A model generated the notes under the pieces. The model saw nothing but the letters and a program-made list of their open reading frames with translations, ran no database searches and was not told the origin of the DNA. From Clostridiales bacterium (lineage in GTDB: Bacteria > Bacillota > Clostridia > Saccharofermentanales > Saccharofermentanaceae), in NCBI GenBank assembly GCA_017513085.1, contig JAFWDK010000009.1, positions 1 through 64,000 of the forward strand: a stretch of 64,000 nucleotides of DNA. The letters are read 5' to 3'. This document shows positions 1-10,501 of this stretch, one piece after another; within the stretch, counting starts at the first letter, position 1; the number at the start of each line of letters is the position of its first letter. The position numbers were made by a program, and so were the translations under genes.

Positions 1-19
1 AGTCCTGTCATCCGCACCA
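1..19 (+). tRNA. 3' end of a tRNA (T-arm/acceptor stem plus encoded CCA), probably tRNA-Leu; truncated by the window start
   Basis: AGTCCTGTCATCCGCACCA looks like a T-loop end, 3' acceptor strand and CCA, followed by a terminator. The anticodon is not visible. Confidence 0.7.
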
Positions 20-25
20 ATTTTC

Positions 26-63
26 AAAGGAGTCTCTAAAAACGAGGCTCCTTTTGTTTTTTT
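26..63 (+). terminator. Rho-independent terminator after the tRNA
   Basis: AAAGGAGTCTC-taaaaac-GAGGCTCCTTT followed by a T-rich tail. Confidence 0.7.
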
Positions 64-253
64 CAGTTCAGAGGAGAGGCGGCCCCCACGACCAAGTCCA
101 GCCGCGCAAGAACCGAAAACTTTATTCTTTCTTAAGAATCGTTTGACGATGACTTTACCTTTTATCGGTAAGATAAAGACATCAAAGCAAGGAGATGAAT
201 GAAAACACCTAAATACTATCTTACCCTAAATAAACATAATACCCCCTCTAAAC

Positions 254-289
254 AGGAAGACCCGAGCAGCAAAGCGCGGGTTTTCTTTT
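254..289 (+). terminator. Rho-independent terminator ending a short intergenic transcript
   Basis: AGGAAGACCCG...CGGGTTTTCTTTT hairpin plus T tract. Confidence 0.55.
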
Positions 290-308
290 GCCTGCGCATC
301 GATGTGTG

Positions 309-339
309 TTGACAAATTATATTTCGCACAATATAATTT
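309..339 (+). promoter_or_regulatory. Consensus sigma70/SigA promoter overlapped by an inverted repeat (likely MarR autoregulatory operator)
   Basis: TTGACA(309-314)-17 bp-TATAAT(332-337). Inverted repeat AATTATAT...ATATAATT spans the spacer and -10. Confidence 0.8.
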
Positions 340-407
340 CAAAAAAGAGATTTGCAGAGGATCTCATTGGATCGAATCAGCAAGAGTACCAGACGCGAGG
401 TGAGAAG

Positions 408-842
408 ATGGCGCAGGAGTATGAACAGTTACTGCTAAAAAATCAGGTTTGCTTTCCGCTTTATGCATGCGGAAGAATGGTGGTCGGTAAGTACACCCCT
501 TATCTAAAAGCACTTGGTCTTACCTACACCCAGTACATTGTCCTGATGGTGCTCTGGGAACATGGAAGTGTGAATGTCGGTCAGCTGGGCGCGACGCTCT
601 ATCTTGACGCGGGCACGTTGACACCACTTCTGAAACGCCTGGAAAAGGCTGGCTATGTGACACGCGAGCGTTCGAAAGAAGATGAGCGTATCACGATCGT
701 AACGATCACGAAAGCCGGCGAAGCCCTGAAGGAAAAATGTAAGGATATCCCTGAGAAGATCGCTTGCAGCGGACTTCCTCTAAACGAAAAAGAAATGGCA
801 CAGCTTTATAAACTGCTTTATAAAATGCTGGACAACAACTGA
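408..842 (+). CDS. MarR family transcriptional regulator (OhrR-like)
   Basis: QVCFPLY with the N-terminal redox Cys; LDAGTLTPLLKRLE...RERSKEDER winged HTH. ATG at 408 follows GAGGTG. Confidence 0.9.
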   Translation: MAQEYEQLLLKNQVCFPLYACGRMVVGKYTPYLKALGLTYTQYIVLMVLWEHGSVNVGQLGATLYLDAGTLTPLLKRLEKAGYVTRERSKEDERITIVTITKAGEALKEKCKDIPEKIACSGLPLNEKEMAQLYKLLYKMLDNN

Positions 843-901
843 CGAAAATACATTCGACATTTAAGAATATATATGACAGTAATAGTAAAAGGAGCAAAAC
901 C

Positions 902-1933
902 ATGTTGACCATACTTTTGACAGATGGCGAATTTACAAGCATGATCCATGCATTACGCGAACGCCCGGACGTTAGGATCGTCGGCTTCCTCGTTTCAGAG
1001 AACGCCGCGCACCGCGCGATGCTTGACAGTTCATATGTCGCACCATCCTGGGACGACCAGGGATATATTCCTTTTCTTTATGACGTGATCCTCAAAGAAC
1101 ATGTGGACTTCATTTTCCCGATCGTGACGAAAAGCCTGGAACTTATGGCCTCGAAGGCACAGGAAATCTATGAGAAAACGAAAGCCATCGTGGTGACATC
1201 TTCCCAGGAGAGCATAGCGATCGCAAACAATAAGGCAGCTCTTCTTCAAAAACTGCAAGAGGACCCAGGCACGGCGGAATATATCACGGAATACGAGATC
1301 GTACATACCATTGGCGAACTGAAAGAAAACATCACGACACCCTGCGTAGTCAAACCGGTCCGCGGCGAAAACCGCGAAGGATTCTACCGCGTGGTGTTCG
1401 ACGAAACATGGCAAAAAGCATTCCTCGAAGGAAACAGCGACGGAGTGCTTTGCCCGTCAATGATTGAAAACATGGATGACAATCTGCGCTTCGATGAGCC
1501 GAGACTGGTCATGCCGTATCTGCCGGGTCAGGAATGGGATGCCGATCTTCTGGTGATCGACGGGAAGATCGTTTCGGCCACGATCCGCAAGAACCTGTAT
1601 ATGTTCGGCGGCCTTTCGGCTGTTACCGAGACTTCCGAAGATCCGCGAATCCTTCAAGCCTGCGAAAAGATCGTGAACGTGCTCGGCCTTAAGTATCTGT
1701 GCTGCATCAGTTTCAAAGAAACGGCAGGCGGCGAACTGAAACTGCTGGAGATCAACCCCAGAGCGATGGGCAGCATCCAGGTCTCCGCGCTGGGCGGAAA
1801 TAACATCGCCACCCGGCTTTTGGCGATCCTTCTTTCCGAACCCGACGACCGGGCGTTCCGCCTGACCCGAGGCGGGCTTCGCACTTCACTTTATTACGAC
1901 ATAATTCCACTTCCGCAAGGAGACAAAGAATGA
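902..1933 (+). CDS. ATP-grasp domain ligase (CarB/PylC-like fold)
   Basis: IANNKA, PCVVKPVRG, VMPYLPGQEWDAD and LLEINPR motifs; RBS AGGAG. Confidence 0.8.
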   Translation: MLTILLTDGEFTSMIHALRERPDVRIVGFLVSENAAHRAMLDSSYVAPSWDDQGYIPFLYDVILKEHVDFIFPIVTKSLELMASKAQEIYEKTKAIVVTSSQESIAIANNKAALLQKLQEDPGTAEYITEYEIVHTIGELKENITTPCVVKPVRGENREGFYRVVFDETWQKAFLEGNSDGVLCPSMIENMDDNLRFDEPRLVMPYLPGQEWDADLLVIDGKIVSATIRKNLYMFGGLSAVTETSEDPRILQACEKIVNVLGLKYLCCISFKETAGGELKLLEINPRAMGSIQVSALGGNNIATRLLAILLSEPDDRAFRLTRGGLRTSLYYDIIPLPQGDKE

Positions 1934-2835
1934 ATCTGACATGGTATCCATTAACCCCGGCGGATCTGCCGGTATATAACAAATACTACTCGATGACCGA
2001 TACGAAAATGACCGACCTGACGTTTCACTGCCGCTATGCATGGGATAACGTGTTTAAGATCCGGTGGACGATCCTGGAAGACTGTCTGGTACAGATATCG
2101 GATGGCGGCGGATATTCATCGCCATTCATGCTGATGCCACTCGGAAAACTGTCATCTGAAAAAATAGAGAAGATCGTGCGCGCAGTCCGCCCCGTCTTTG
2201 ACGAAAAAGGCTGGAAGTTCAGAATCCTGGATATCGAAGACTCCGCCAAAAGCACTTTCGAGAAATCTGGAATTGCGGCGAAAATGGACTATAAGGAGGA
2301 TTCTTCCGATTACTTCTATGACGCTGAGCTGCTACGCACGCTTGCAGGAAAGAAGTACTCGAAGAAAAGAAATCACTGGAGCAAATTTCTTCGCACGTAT
2401 CCGGACTACAGCTACGAGCAACTCTCGCCGGAGATCTTCGATGAATGCCTCAGACTTGTAAGGTTCTGGGCATCGGAAAAAGGGATCGACATCGCCGACA
2501 CGTCCGAAAGCGACTACTACATGATCAAGCGCATGTTTGACCACTGGGACGAACTGCAGGCAAGAGGCGGTGCGATACGGATCGACGGAAAGATCGTCGC
2601 TTTTTCCATCGGAAGCGTCGGAAAAGAAGAAATCGGATTCATTCATTTCGAAAAAGCCGATATAAGGTATGACGGCCTTTATGCGGCGATCAACAAGCTG
2701 GTCCTGGAAAACGAATTCCCGGAAGTGAGGTTTGTGAACAGGGAAGAAGATCTGGGACTTCCCGGACTTCGTAAGTCGAAAGAATCGTATTTTCCGATTG
2801 AAAAGATACGGAAGTGGCGTTTTGTGCCGAATTGA
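1930..2835 (+). CDS. DUF2156 / aminoacyl-phosphatidylglycerol transferase C-terminal-like (tRNA-dependent GNAT-fold) protein
   Basis: LAGKKYSKKRNH, IHFEKAD and VNREEDLGLPGLRKSKESY motifs. ATGA overlap with the upstream gene. Confidence 0.85.
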   Translation: MNLTWYPLTPADLPVYNKYYSMTDTKMTDLTFHCRYAWDNVFKIRWTILEDCLVQISDGGGYSSPFMLMPLGKLSSEKIEKIVRAVRPVFDEKGWKFRILDIEDSAKSTFEKSGIAAKMDYKEDSSDYFYDAELLRTLAGKKYSKKRNHWSKFLRTYPDYSYEQLSPEIFDECLRLVRFWASEKGIDIADTSESDYYMIKRMFDHWDELQARGGAIRIDGKIVAFSIGSVGKEEIGFIHFEKADIRYDGLYAAINKLVLENEFPEVRFVNREEDLGLPGLRKSKESYFPIEKIRKWRFVPN

Positions 2836-2944
2836 TCCGAACGAAACCAACCTTGCCCGGGGCATCCTGATCCGGATGCCTATACTCATACATATCTGGT
2901 ATAATTCAAAAGTAAGGAATAATTGAATTATGAGGAGGGTATGT

Positions 2945-5900
2945 ATGAAAGAACGTAATAAGAAAGCGCGTGTCGCCAGGATCGCTTCTGCGCTGATTGC
3001 GTCAACGATCGCAATCCCGCTTGCCACGGCGATCCCCGGCATTGTAGGGAACAAGGCCGTCCGCGCCGGAGGTGACTGGGCGAAGGTTAGAGAGAATACT
3101 TCGCTAGGTACTCACAAGATCGCTTCACCGGTTGTAAATACCGATCCGAATGAGGATTGGAAGGGAAGCTACGTCTGGTACGGCAGACTCAACGATGAGC
3201 AGATCCTTTTCCGCGTTTTGGATCCGGAAACGACAGATTATGGCGGAAAGACCATGTTCCTGGATAGCGACAGGATCCTTTATCACGATTATTTCGTCAA
3301 CTCTGCGCCTATCAAAGCATGGAGCGACAGCGATCTTCGCGCGGATTTGAACGACGGATTTTTGACGACCGCTTTTACTGAGCAGGAACAGGCAGCGATC
3401 TTTGAAAGCAAGCGCACAGTCGCGCCAAGCTATAGCTCCGGCACATGGGAACTGAAGACTTATCAGAGCTTCGTCAGCCTCACCGGAGAGAAACTGTTCG
3501 TTCTGGACGGATGGGAAGTGCTGAACCCGGAATACGGTTATTCATCGGATTCAGGTTGGACGAAGGGTTCTTCCGGCTACTACACGTTGCACGATGTGGG
3601 TAACCGTGTGAAGATGTATAAAGGCGAAGCCCAGGAGTGGTGGCTGAGATCGAAAGTCTCCAACAACCCGATCGCGAATATCGCCATAGGTCTTGTCAGA
3701 CCCCAAGGTTACTGTGATGAGCACGCGTTCAGTAAAACGATCGGCTCCAATACCGAAAAAGGCGTTGCCCCGGCATTGAACCTTGACTTGGATCATGTTC
3801 TCCTTGCCAGCGCGGTCAACGGCGACACAGGTGATATGGACACACAATACAAGCTTACGATCAAAGACGATGCGCTTTCTTTCTCGGTTCCTACCGGAAA
3901 AAAGATCCGCTACGACTTTGTTGCCCAAAGACAGGTGCATGTTCCTTATCAGATCACCGGCGATCACGCAGAGCAGGCCAACCGCTTGTCCGTCCTGATC
4001 ACAGACGGCGATCCGGACGATCCGATGACAAACATTATATTCTATGAACCACTGACGATAGATGGCGCGTTCTCTAAGGAAGGAGAAGCATCTTTTTATG
4101 TACCTTACCTTGTCGACGATATCGGCGAATGGGGCGTGGATTATCACGTCTATGTGTTCCCCGAAAAGATCATCGACAGCAAATACGAAACAGACTACGC
4201 CGGTGCTTTTTACGAAATCGAGAAAAAACCGTATTCAGATGTTGTGATCGATCTGCAGAAGGGCTGGACCAAGATCGATCAGGAACAAAAGAATGCTCTT
4301 GGCAACGCTGCCTACTGTGGCGTGATCAAGATGGAGGTGAAGAGCGGAGATACCTATGTCGATATCGATAAAGACGGAACAGCTGACTTCATTATTCCGT
4401 ATGACTTTGAAAACGAGCGCACGGAGAGGACGGAGAAGTGTTCTGCACAGGGCAAGGTCGTACTGAGCGACAATATTCTGAGAGGCGGCAACATCAATTC
4501 TCTTACTTTTATCCTGCCGGAAAAGATCACAGCGATAGACATTAAGCTTGCCGAGCCTCTTGGTGGCCAAAAGCCCAGCTATGACGCTAAGATACCGTCC
4601 GGTGTCAACTACTACTTTATGCCGAATTCCGGGGAAACCTACAAGAACGATATCACATGGACGGATATGACAGCCTTATTCACCATGAAGGTGGATCAGG
4701 ATACTTTCCAAATCGGAAGAAAGTATAGTGTTTCCCTCAATGTGACGGCAAAAGAAGGTTTTGTATTTGATTTCCCGGTCTAGAAGATGACTGTAACGTT
4801 GAATGGTAAGAAACCTTCTATGGTAAGCATGGAGGATAACGGGCAGCTGTACATTTCGTACGATTATCCGGATCTAAAAGCAACGCCCACGCCAACGAAT
4901 ACTCCGACTCCGACTCCGACGAATACACCGACACCTACACCAACCAATACTCCGACTCCGACGAATACGCCGACACCTAAACCGACGAACACGCCAACAC
5001 CGACAAAGGTTCCGACAAAAGCACCTACCGTGACGCCGACTCCTCATGTGACTGTATCGCCTACACCTACGCCTACGCCAACAGAAGCTCCCAAGCTGAC
5101 GGTAACACCAACACCTACAATTACTCCGAACCCAGGTGATCCAACGCCGACTACTGCGCCGGATGATCCTACACCTACTCCGATTCCGGATAAGGAACCG
5201 TCTATCGCGGATTTCGTAGAGCGTCTCTACACGATCGCATTGAACCGTGCTTCCGAGCCTGAAGGAAAGGCATTCTGGGTCAAAGAAATCGAGGATGGTA
5301 ACCGTACAGGTGGTGACTGTGCATACTTCTTCTTGATTGAAGCCCCTGAGTTTAAGAACAGAGGATTGAGTGACGAAGACTTCGTTGAAACACTTTATAA
5401 GACATTCTTCGATCGTGCTTCTGAAGCAGAGGGTAAGGCCTTCTGGGTTGGACAGTTGAAGAATAAGACGATGACAAGAGATCAGGTCATTATGGGCTTC
5501 ATTGATTCGAAAGAATGGTGCAATGTCTGTGCGGATTACGGAGTAAAGTCCGGTGCGCCGACAGCGAAGGCAGAGCGTGCATCTAAGAACGCGATCAACT
5601 TTGCCACACGTCTTTATACTTGCTGTCTTGGAAGAACCGCAGAAGACGGCGGCCTGAAGTACTGGTCTTTGGCACTTACTAACCTTGAACAGACAGGCTG
5701 CAGCGCGGCAAAGGAATTCTTCACCAGCACGGAGTTTGTCAACCTCAAACTCAAGGACGACGAGTACGTGAAGAGATTGTATAAGACCTTCATGGACAGA
5801 GAACCGGAAGCAGGCGAAGTCGCTTACTGGACAGGTGAGATTGCCAAGGGCACACAGACGCGAGATAGCGTACTTGCTTTCTTCGGACAGAGTGAGGAGT

Positions 5901-5947
5901 TCACGAACATCTGTAAAAAGTACGGTATCGATCGTGGCACGATCTAA
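2945..5947 (+). pseudogene. Secreted surface protein (signal peptide, DUF6273-like domain, PT-rich linker, C-terminal DUF4214-like repeats) interrupted by an in-frame TAG at 4781-4783
   Basis: ORFs 2930..4783 and 4787..5947 are in the same frame (...GTC TAG AAG ATG...). Motifs FRVLD/WSDSDLR/WWLRS; [18 protein letters not shown]-type repeats. Confidence 0.7.
4882..5190 (+). repeat. Pro/Thr-rich coding linker (TPTPTN repeats)
   Basis: Translation [18 protein letters not shown]... Confidence 0.85.
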
Positions 5948-5968
5948 GAGGTTTTGAGAACAAAATGA

Positions 5969-6006
5969 AAGAGAGCATCCGGACGAAGGTTCGGGTGCTC
6001 TTTTTT
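5969..6006 (+). terminator. Rho-independent terminator
   Basis: AGAGCATCCGGA...TTCGGGTGCTCT followed by a T tract. Confidence 0.8.
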
Positions 6007-6169
6007 GTGGAGATGTCGGAACCACCCAGAGTGGCACTTCCCCTAAAGTGGCGCAAGCGTTGGTCCTGATTTGATCAAAAACTGTGGTTGCATCAGACTG
6101 GACCAGATATGATACTATAATATGCGGAGGGGCTGAGCTAAGATTGCCCCGTGCCTGTTAGGAGAGAGT

Positions 6170-7795
6170 ATGCTGAAAGTATTTCTGGTCGAAGATGAAT
6201 ATGTAGTCCGGGAGGGCATTAAGAATAACATTGACTGGCAAGCGCACGGCTATGAATTCTGTGGCGAGGCCGGCGATGGAGAATTAGCATTTCCGATCAT
6301 TTCGAAAGAACGACCGGATATTGTGATCACGGATATAAAAATGCCGTTTATGGACGGATTGACTTTGAGCCGGATGATCAAGGAGAAGTTCCCCTGGATC
6401 GAGATCATCATCCTGACCGGATACGAAGATTTCCAGTTTGCCAAAGAGGCCATTAAGATCGGTGTATCCTGCTATCTTCTGAAACCTGTAAACGGGGAAA
6501 GCCTGGTCCGTGAAGTGGATCAGATTGCCGAAAAGATCCAGGAAAAGAAAGCAGAACGCGAAGCGGCCAAGCGATACGAAGAAGAAATGCAGGAACGCAC
6601 ATTATACGATAAGCGTGACTTTTTCAATAAACTGGTCAAGGGCGGGCTTCATGCTTCCGAACTGATCGAAGAATCGAAAAAGATCGACATCGATATCACC
6701 GCGCTTCGCTATAACATCATCCTGCTCCGTGTCTGGTCGAGTAAACACGACATCGGAGAATTCTCCAACAGCGTAGTCAAGATCGAAGACGGGATCAAGA
6801 AGATCGCGGAAGAAAACGGGGCACTGTTTTTCGATTTTATCGTGGAAGGCATCGCTCTGCTTTTTAAAGGCGACGATGACCGGGACATCAAGAAGAAGAT
6901 CGACCAGGCCGTATCGAAGATGCGGGTGCTTTTTGATGAGTATAAGCATATCCGCTATTTTGGCGCTATCGGACAAACTGTCGGCAGAGTCACAGAGATC
7001 CATACTTCTTTTGACTGGGCGAGCCGTGCTTTTGCGCACATGTATCTGACTTCGGAGAATGCTTTTCTGGTAGGTTCTGAGGAAGGGCTCCGTCCCGAAA
7101 ACGAAGCCGGCATTCTCTCGGAAGTGGATCCGCAGCATATCGACCGGAAACTGGTGAAGCGCTTCCTTCGCGGAGGCGAACCGTCCGAGATCACGTTCTT
7201 CCTGGAAGAGTATCTCAATAACATCGGGAATAATGCGATCCGGTCTGCCATGCTCCGACAGTACATTGCCATGGATATGTATTTCTGTGTGGTGGATTTT
7301 CTGGAAAACGAACTCGGTCTTTCCAGAAAAGAAGTGGACGAGAAAGTGGACCTTCCTAATAGCGAAGTGCTGGCTGACGAAAACAAGACATCGGATTATC
7401 TGCTGGAACTTCTGGAGCAGGCGTTGTCATTCCGTCAGGATCACAGCCTGGGAAGATACCACGATGTGATGAAAGAGGCAATTACTTATATTTCCGAGCA
7501 TTATGCGGAAGAGGAACTGTCGCTCAATACACTGGCGGCGCAGGTGAATTTCTCGCCGAATCACTTAAGCGCGATCTTCAAACAGGAGACCGGCCAGCCT
7601 TTCATCAAGTATCTCACGGACTTCCGTATGGATGCGGCAAAAGAACTTCTCCGGCGTTCTTCGAAGAAGAGTAATGAGATCGGTATCCTCGTGGGGTACA
7701 AGGATCCGCACTATTTTTCGTATCTTTTTAAGAAGACGCAAGGTATTACGCCGACGCAGTACAGGAACAAAGGACTTGGAGAACCAGAGGAATGA
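6170..7795 (+). CDS. YesN-type response regulator (REC + AraC HTH)
   Basis: LVEDE, PDIVITDIKMPFMDG; C-terminal GYKDPHYFSYLFKKTQGITPTQYR. Confidence 0.92.
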   Translation: MLKVFLVEDEYVVREGIKNNIDWQAHGYEFCGEAGDGELAFPIISKERPDIVITDIKMPFMDGLTLSRMIKEKFPWIEIIILTGYEDFQFAKEAIKIGVSCYLLKPVNGESLVREVDQIAEKIQEKKAEREAAKRYEEEMQERTLYDKRDFFNKLVKGGLHASELIEESKKIDIDITALRYNIILLRVWSSKHDIGEFSNSVVKIEDGIKKIAEENGALFFDFIVEGIALLFKGDDDRDIKKKIDQAVSKMRVLFDEYKHIRYFGAIGQTVGRVTEIHTSFDWASRAFAHMYLTSENAFLVGSEEGLRPENEAGILSEVDPQHIDRKLVKRFLRGGEPSEITFFLEEYLNNIGNNAIRSAMLRQYIAMDMYFCVVDFLENELGLSRKEVDEKVDLPNSEVLADENKTSDYLLELLEQALSFRQDHSLGRYHDVMKEAITYISEHYAEEELSLNTLAAQVNFSPNHLSAIFKQETGQPFIKYLTDFRMDAAKELLRRSSKKSNEIGILVGYKDPHYFSYLFKKTQGITPTQYRNKGLGEPEE

Positions 7796-9111
7796 CAGAG
7801 GGAAGACAGAAGATCAAGCAGAGATCCCGTCTGGCAACACAGATCCGTATCTCGTATATCATCCTGCTCCTGCCAAGTGTGGTTTTTGTTTTCTATGCCT
7901 TTTATAACTTGTGGCATATCAATGCAAGAAACAATGAGATGATCAGTTCCGTCGTAGCGGCAAGTGAATTCAGTCTGCAGTTTAAAGAAGACTTCGATTA
8001 TGAGACGTATCTTCTTATCGTAGGAAACGTAGCTCCGGATAAGACGAAGCTTCACGAAGAGCTGGATCAGGCACGGCAGGTCGTCGAGGGATTGAAAGAT
8101 TATACCAATACGGAAGATAACAGAAAGCGTCTGCTATATGCGGAGAAATATCTCAACAACCTTGAGACATATGTCGCGCAGATCAAAGAAAACCTCGGTT
8201 CCGAGAATAAATACGAAGATAATATGCTTATCTGGGAAAACGACGTGCAGATCGTGACAAGTCTTCTTCAGGAAAGCATCAATGAGTACATTTATTATGA
8301 GAATAAGCAGATCCAGATCACTCAGGCGGAGAACAATGCTATTTTCGTAGATATTGTCGAAATCTCCGGTGTGCTCCTGGTGTTCAGCCTGATCAGTATG
8401 ATCGTGGTTTCCTATATCGGCCCGATCTGGATCACAAGACCGATCGAAGAACAGGTAAAAGAGGAGCAGAAACAACTCCGAAAAGCAGAATTCGATCTTC
8501 TTCAATCTCAGATCAATCCGCACTTTTTATACAACACTTTGGATGCGATCATCTGGTCTGCGGAAGCGGGAAACCAGAAGCAGGTCGTGAATATGGTCGG
8601 CAATCTTTCCGACTTTTTCCGTCTTTCACTGAATAAAGGAAAAGAAACGGTACTGGTCCATGAGGAACTGCAGCACGTACGAAGTTACCTTGAGATCCAG
8701 AAGATCCGCTATCAGGACATCCTTTCCTTTCAGATCGATGTTCCGGAGACTTTCAACGAATACCAGATCCCGAAACTCACGGTTCAGCCTGTCGTGGAAA
8801 ATGCACTTTACCATGGCATCAAGAATAAGCGTGGCGGCGGAACGATCACGATCACCGGTGAGGAAAAGAAAGACTATTATTCCATCACCGTCGAAGATAC
8901 CGGGAAAGGAATGACGGAAGAAAGGCTGCGCGAAGTCCGTAAAGCGATCCGTGAAGGTACACCCGGACAGAACGTGGTGTATGGGCTTTATAACGTAAAT
9001 GAGAGGATCCGCCTGAACTACGGTGAAGAGTACGGCCTGCACATCGAAAGCCAGCTTGATAAAGGCACCCGTGTGGTCATCCGGCTGCCGAAACCACAGA
9101 GTAAAGAATAA
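7792..9111 (+). CDS. YesM/LytS-type sensor histidine kinase
   Basis: Two TM segments; LQSQINPHFLYNTL, QPVVENALYHG, EDTGKGM and GLYNVNERI motifs. Confidence 0.92.
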   Translation: MTEGRQKIKQRSRLATQIRISYIILLLPSVVFVFYAFYNLWHINARNNEMISSVVAASEFSLQFKEDFDYETYLLIVGNVAPDKTKLHEELDQARQVVEGLKDYTNTEDNRKRLLYAEKYLNNLETYVAQIKENLGSENKYEDNMLIWENDVQIVTSLLQESINEYIYYENKQIQITQAENNAIFVDIVEISGVLLVFSLISMIVVSYIGPIWITRPIEEQVKEEQKQLRKAEFDLLQSQINPHFLYNTLDAIIWSAEAGNQKQVVNMVGNLSDFFRLSLNKGKETVLVHEELQHVRSYLEIQKIRYQDILSFQIDVPETFNEYQIPKLTVQPVVENALYHGIKNKRGGGTITITGEEKKDYYSITVEDTGKGMTEERLREVRKAIREGTPGQNVVYGLYNVNERIRLNYGEEYGLHIESQLDKGTRVVIRLPKPQSKE

Positions 9112-9129
9112 CCATCTGCGTATCTCCTA

Positions 9130-9147
9130 AGGCAAAACGTTTTGCCT
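9130..9147. promoter_or_regulatory. Perfect 18-bp palindrome, LacI-family-like operator upstream of the sugar ABC operon
   Basis: AGGCAAAACGTTTTGCCT with a central AAACGTTT. Confidence 0.45.
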
Positions 9148-9334
9148 GAAACGGGCAAAAAAACACACGAAAAATATCAACCGAAATCGTAAAAAAATGA
9201 AACAAAGGAAACAGGAAATAAAAAATCCAACTTTGTTTCGTTTTTTTCTTCATGGTCTTTTTTCACGCTAAACCTAAAATGAAGTCAGAAAAGAGGGGAA
9301 GACCCCACAACTTGATATTTCAAGGAGGTTTACA

Positions 9335-10411
9335 ATGAAAAAAGCAATTTCTGTAATTATGGCTTCTATCATGGTCTTGGGTCTGGCAGCTTGCTCCAAG
9401 AGCGAAGAGACTACGACAAAAGCAACTACGGCAGCAACAACTGCTGCAGAGACCACCAAGGCAGCTGAGACGACCGCAGCAGAGACAACAACTGAGGCAA
9501 CCACAGAGGGTGCTAAAGAAGATACCGGTTCTCTGATCAAAGTCGGCATCATCAACAACGACCCGAACGAATCCGGTTATCGTACAGCAAATGACGCAGA
9601 CCTGAAGAAGATGTTCACCAAAGAAAACGGCTACGATGCATCTTTCGCATACAGCCTCAAGAACGATGAGCAGATCCAGTATGCACAGACATTCATCCAG
9701 AACGAAGTAGATTATCTCCTTCTCTCCGCTGCTGACGTAGCAGGTTGGGATTCCGTTCTCCAGGATGCACAGGCTGCAGGCATCAAGGTTATCCTCTTCG
9801 ACAGAACCATCAATGCTGACCCGAGCCTTTACGAAGCTTCTATCGTTTCCGATATGAACAAAGAAGGCCAGACAGCTGTTGACTGGCTCGCAAGCCAGAA
9901 CCTTTCCGAGTACAACGTGATCCATATCCAGGGTGTTATGGGTTCCGCAGCTCAGCAGGGCAGATCCGGCGCTCTCGATTCAAAAGCAGCCGCTGAGTCC
10001 AACTGGACTATCGTTAAGCAGCAGACCGCTGAGTGGAACGCAGAAAAAGCACAGCAGATCGTTCAGTCTGTTATCGATTCCGGAACGAAGTTCAACGTAA
10101 TCTATGCAGAGAACGACGATATGGCAAAGGGCGCAGTAGCAGCTCTTGACGCAGCAGGTATCTCCCATGGTGTAGGCAAAGACGTTATCGTAATGGGCTT
10201 TGACTGCAACAAGTGGGCATTGGAGTCTCTCCTTTCCAAGGACTGGAACTATGACGGACAGTGCAACCCGTTCCAGGCCAGCTACATCGATTCCATCATC
10301 AAGGATCTCGAGAGCGGTAAGACACCGGCTCAGAAGACGATCATCATGGATGAGAAGGGCTTCGACGCAGCGACCATCACAAAGGAAGACGTAGAGAATT
10401 ACGGTATTTAA
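9335..10411 (+). CDS. Sugar ABC transporter substrate-binding lipoprotein (YtfQ-like)
   Basis: Lipobox LAAC, Thr/Ala linker, ESGYRTAN and VIYAENDDMAKGA motifs. Confidence 0.9.
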   Translation: MKKAISVIMASIMVLGLAACSKSEETTTKATTAATTAAETTKAAETTAAETTTEATTEGAKEDTGSLIKVGIINNDPNESGYRTANDADLKKMFTKENGYDASFAYSLKNDEQIQYAQTFIQNEVDYLLLSAADVAGWDSVLQDAQAAGIKVILFDRTINADPSLYEASIVSDMNKEGQTAVDWLASQNLSEYNVIHIQGVMGSAAQQGRSGALDSKAAAESNWTIVKQQTAEWNAEKAQQIVQSVIDSGTKFNVIYAENDDMAKGAVAALDAAGISHGVGKDVIVMGFDCNKWALESLLSKDWNYDGQCNPFQASYIDSIIKDLESGKTPAQKTIIMDEKGFDAATITKEDVENYGI

Positions 10412-10432
10412 TCATATAGTCACTGATTTTGG

Positions 10433-10479
10433 GCGCGGTGCGGCTTGGTCCGTAAGGACGAACCGCACTGCGCTTTTTT
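10433..10479 (+). terminator. Intercistronic stem-loop after the binding-protein gene (partial terminator or mRNA stabiliser)
   Basis: GCGCGGTGCGG...CCGCACTGCGC followed by TTTTTT. Confidence 0.65.
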
Positions 10480-10501
10480 CAAAACGAGAGAGGTAAGACC
10501 C

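Noticed and set aside
902-4783. Pyrrolysine system (PylC-like ATP-grasp near an in-frame TAG)
   Set aside because: No pylS, pylT, pylB or pylD is visible. The radical SAM in the window is SPL-like rather than PylB-like, and the ATP-grasp fold is generic.
1-6006. tRNA-anchored integrative element
   Set aside because: No integrase or transposase, and I noticed no second copy of the tRNA 3' end in the window.
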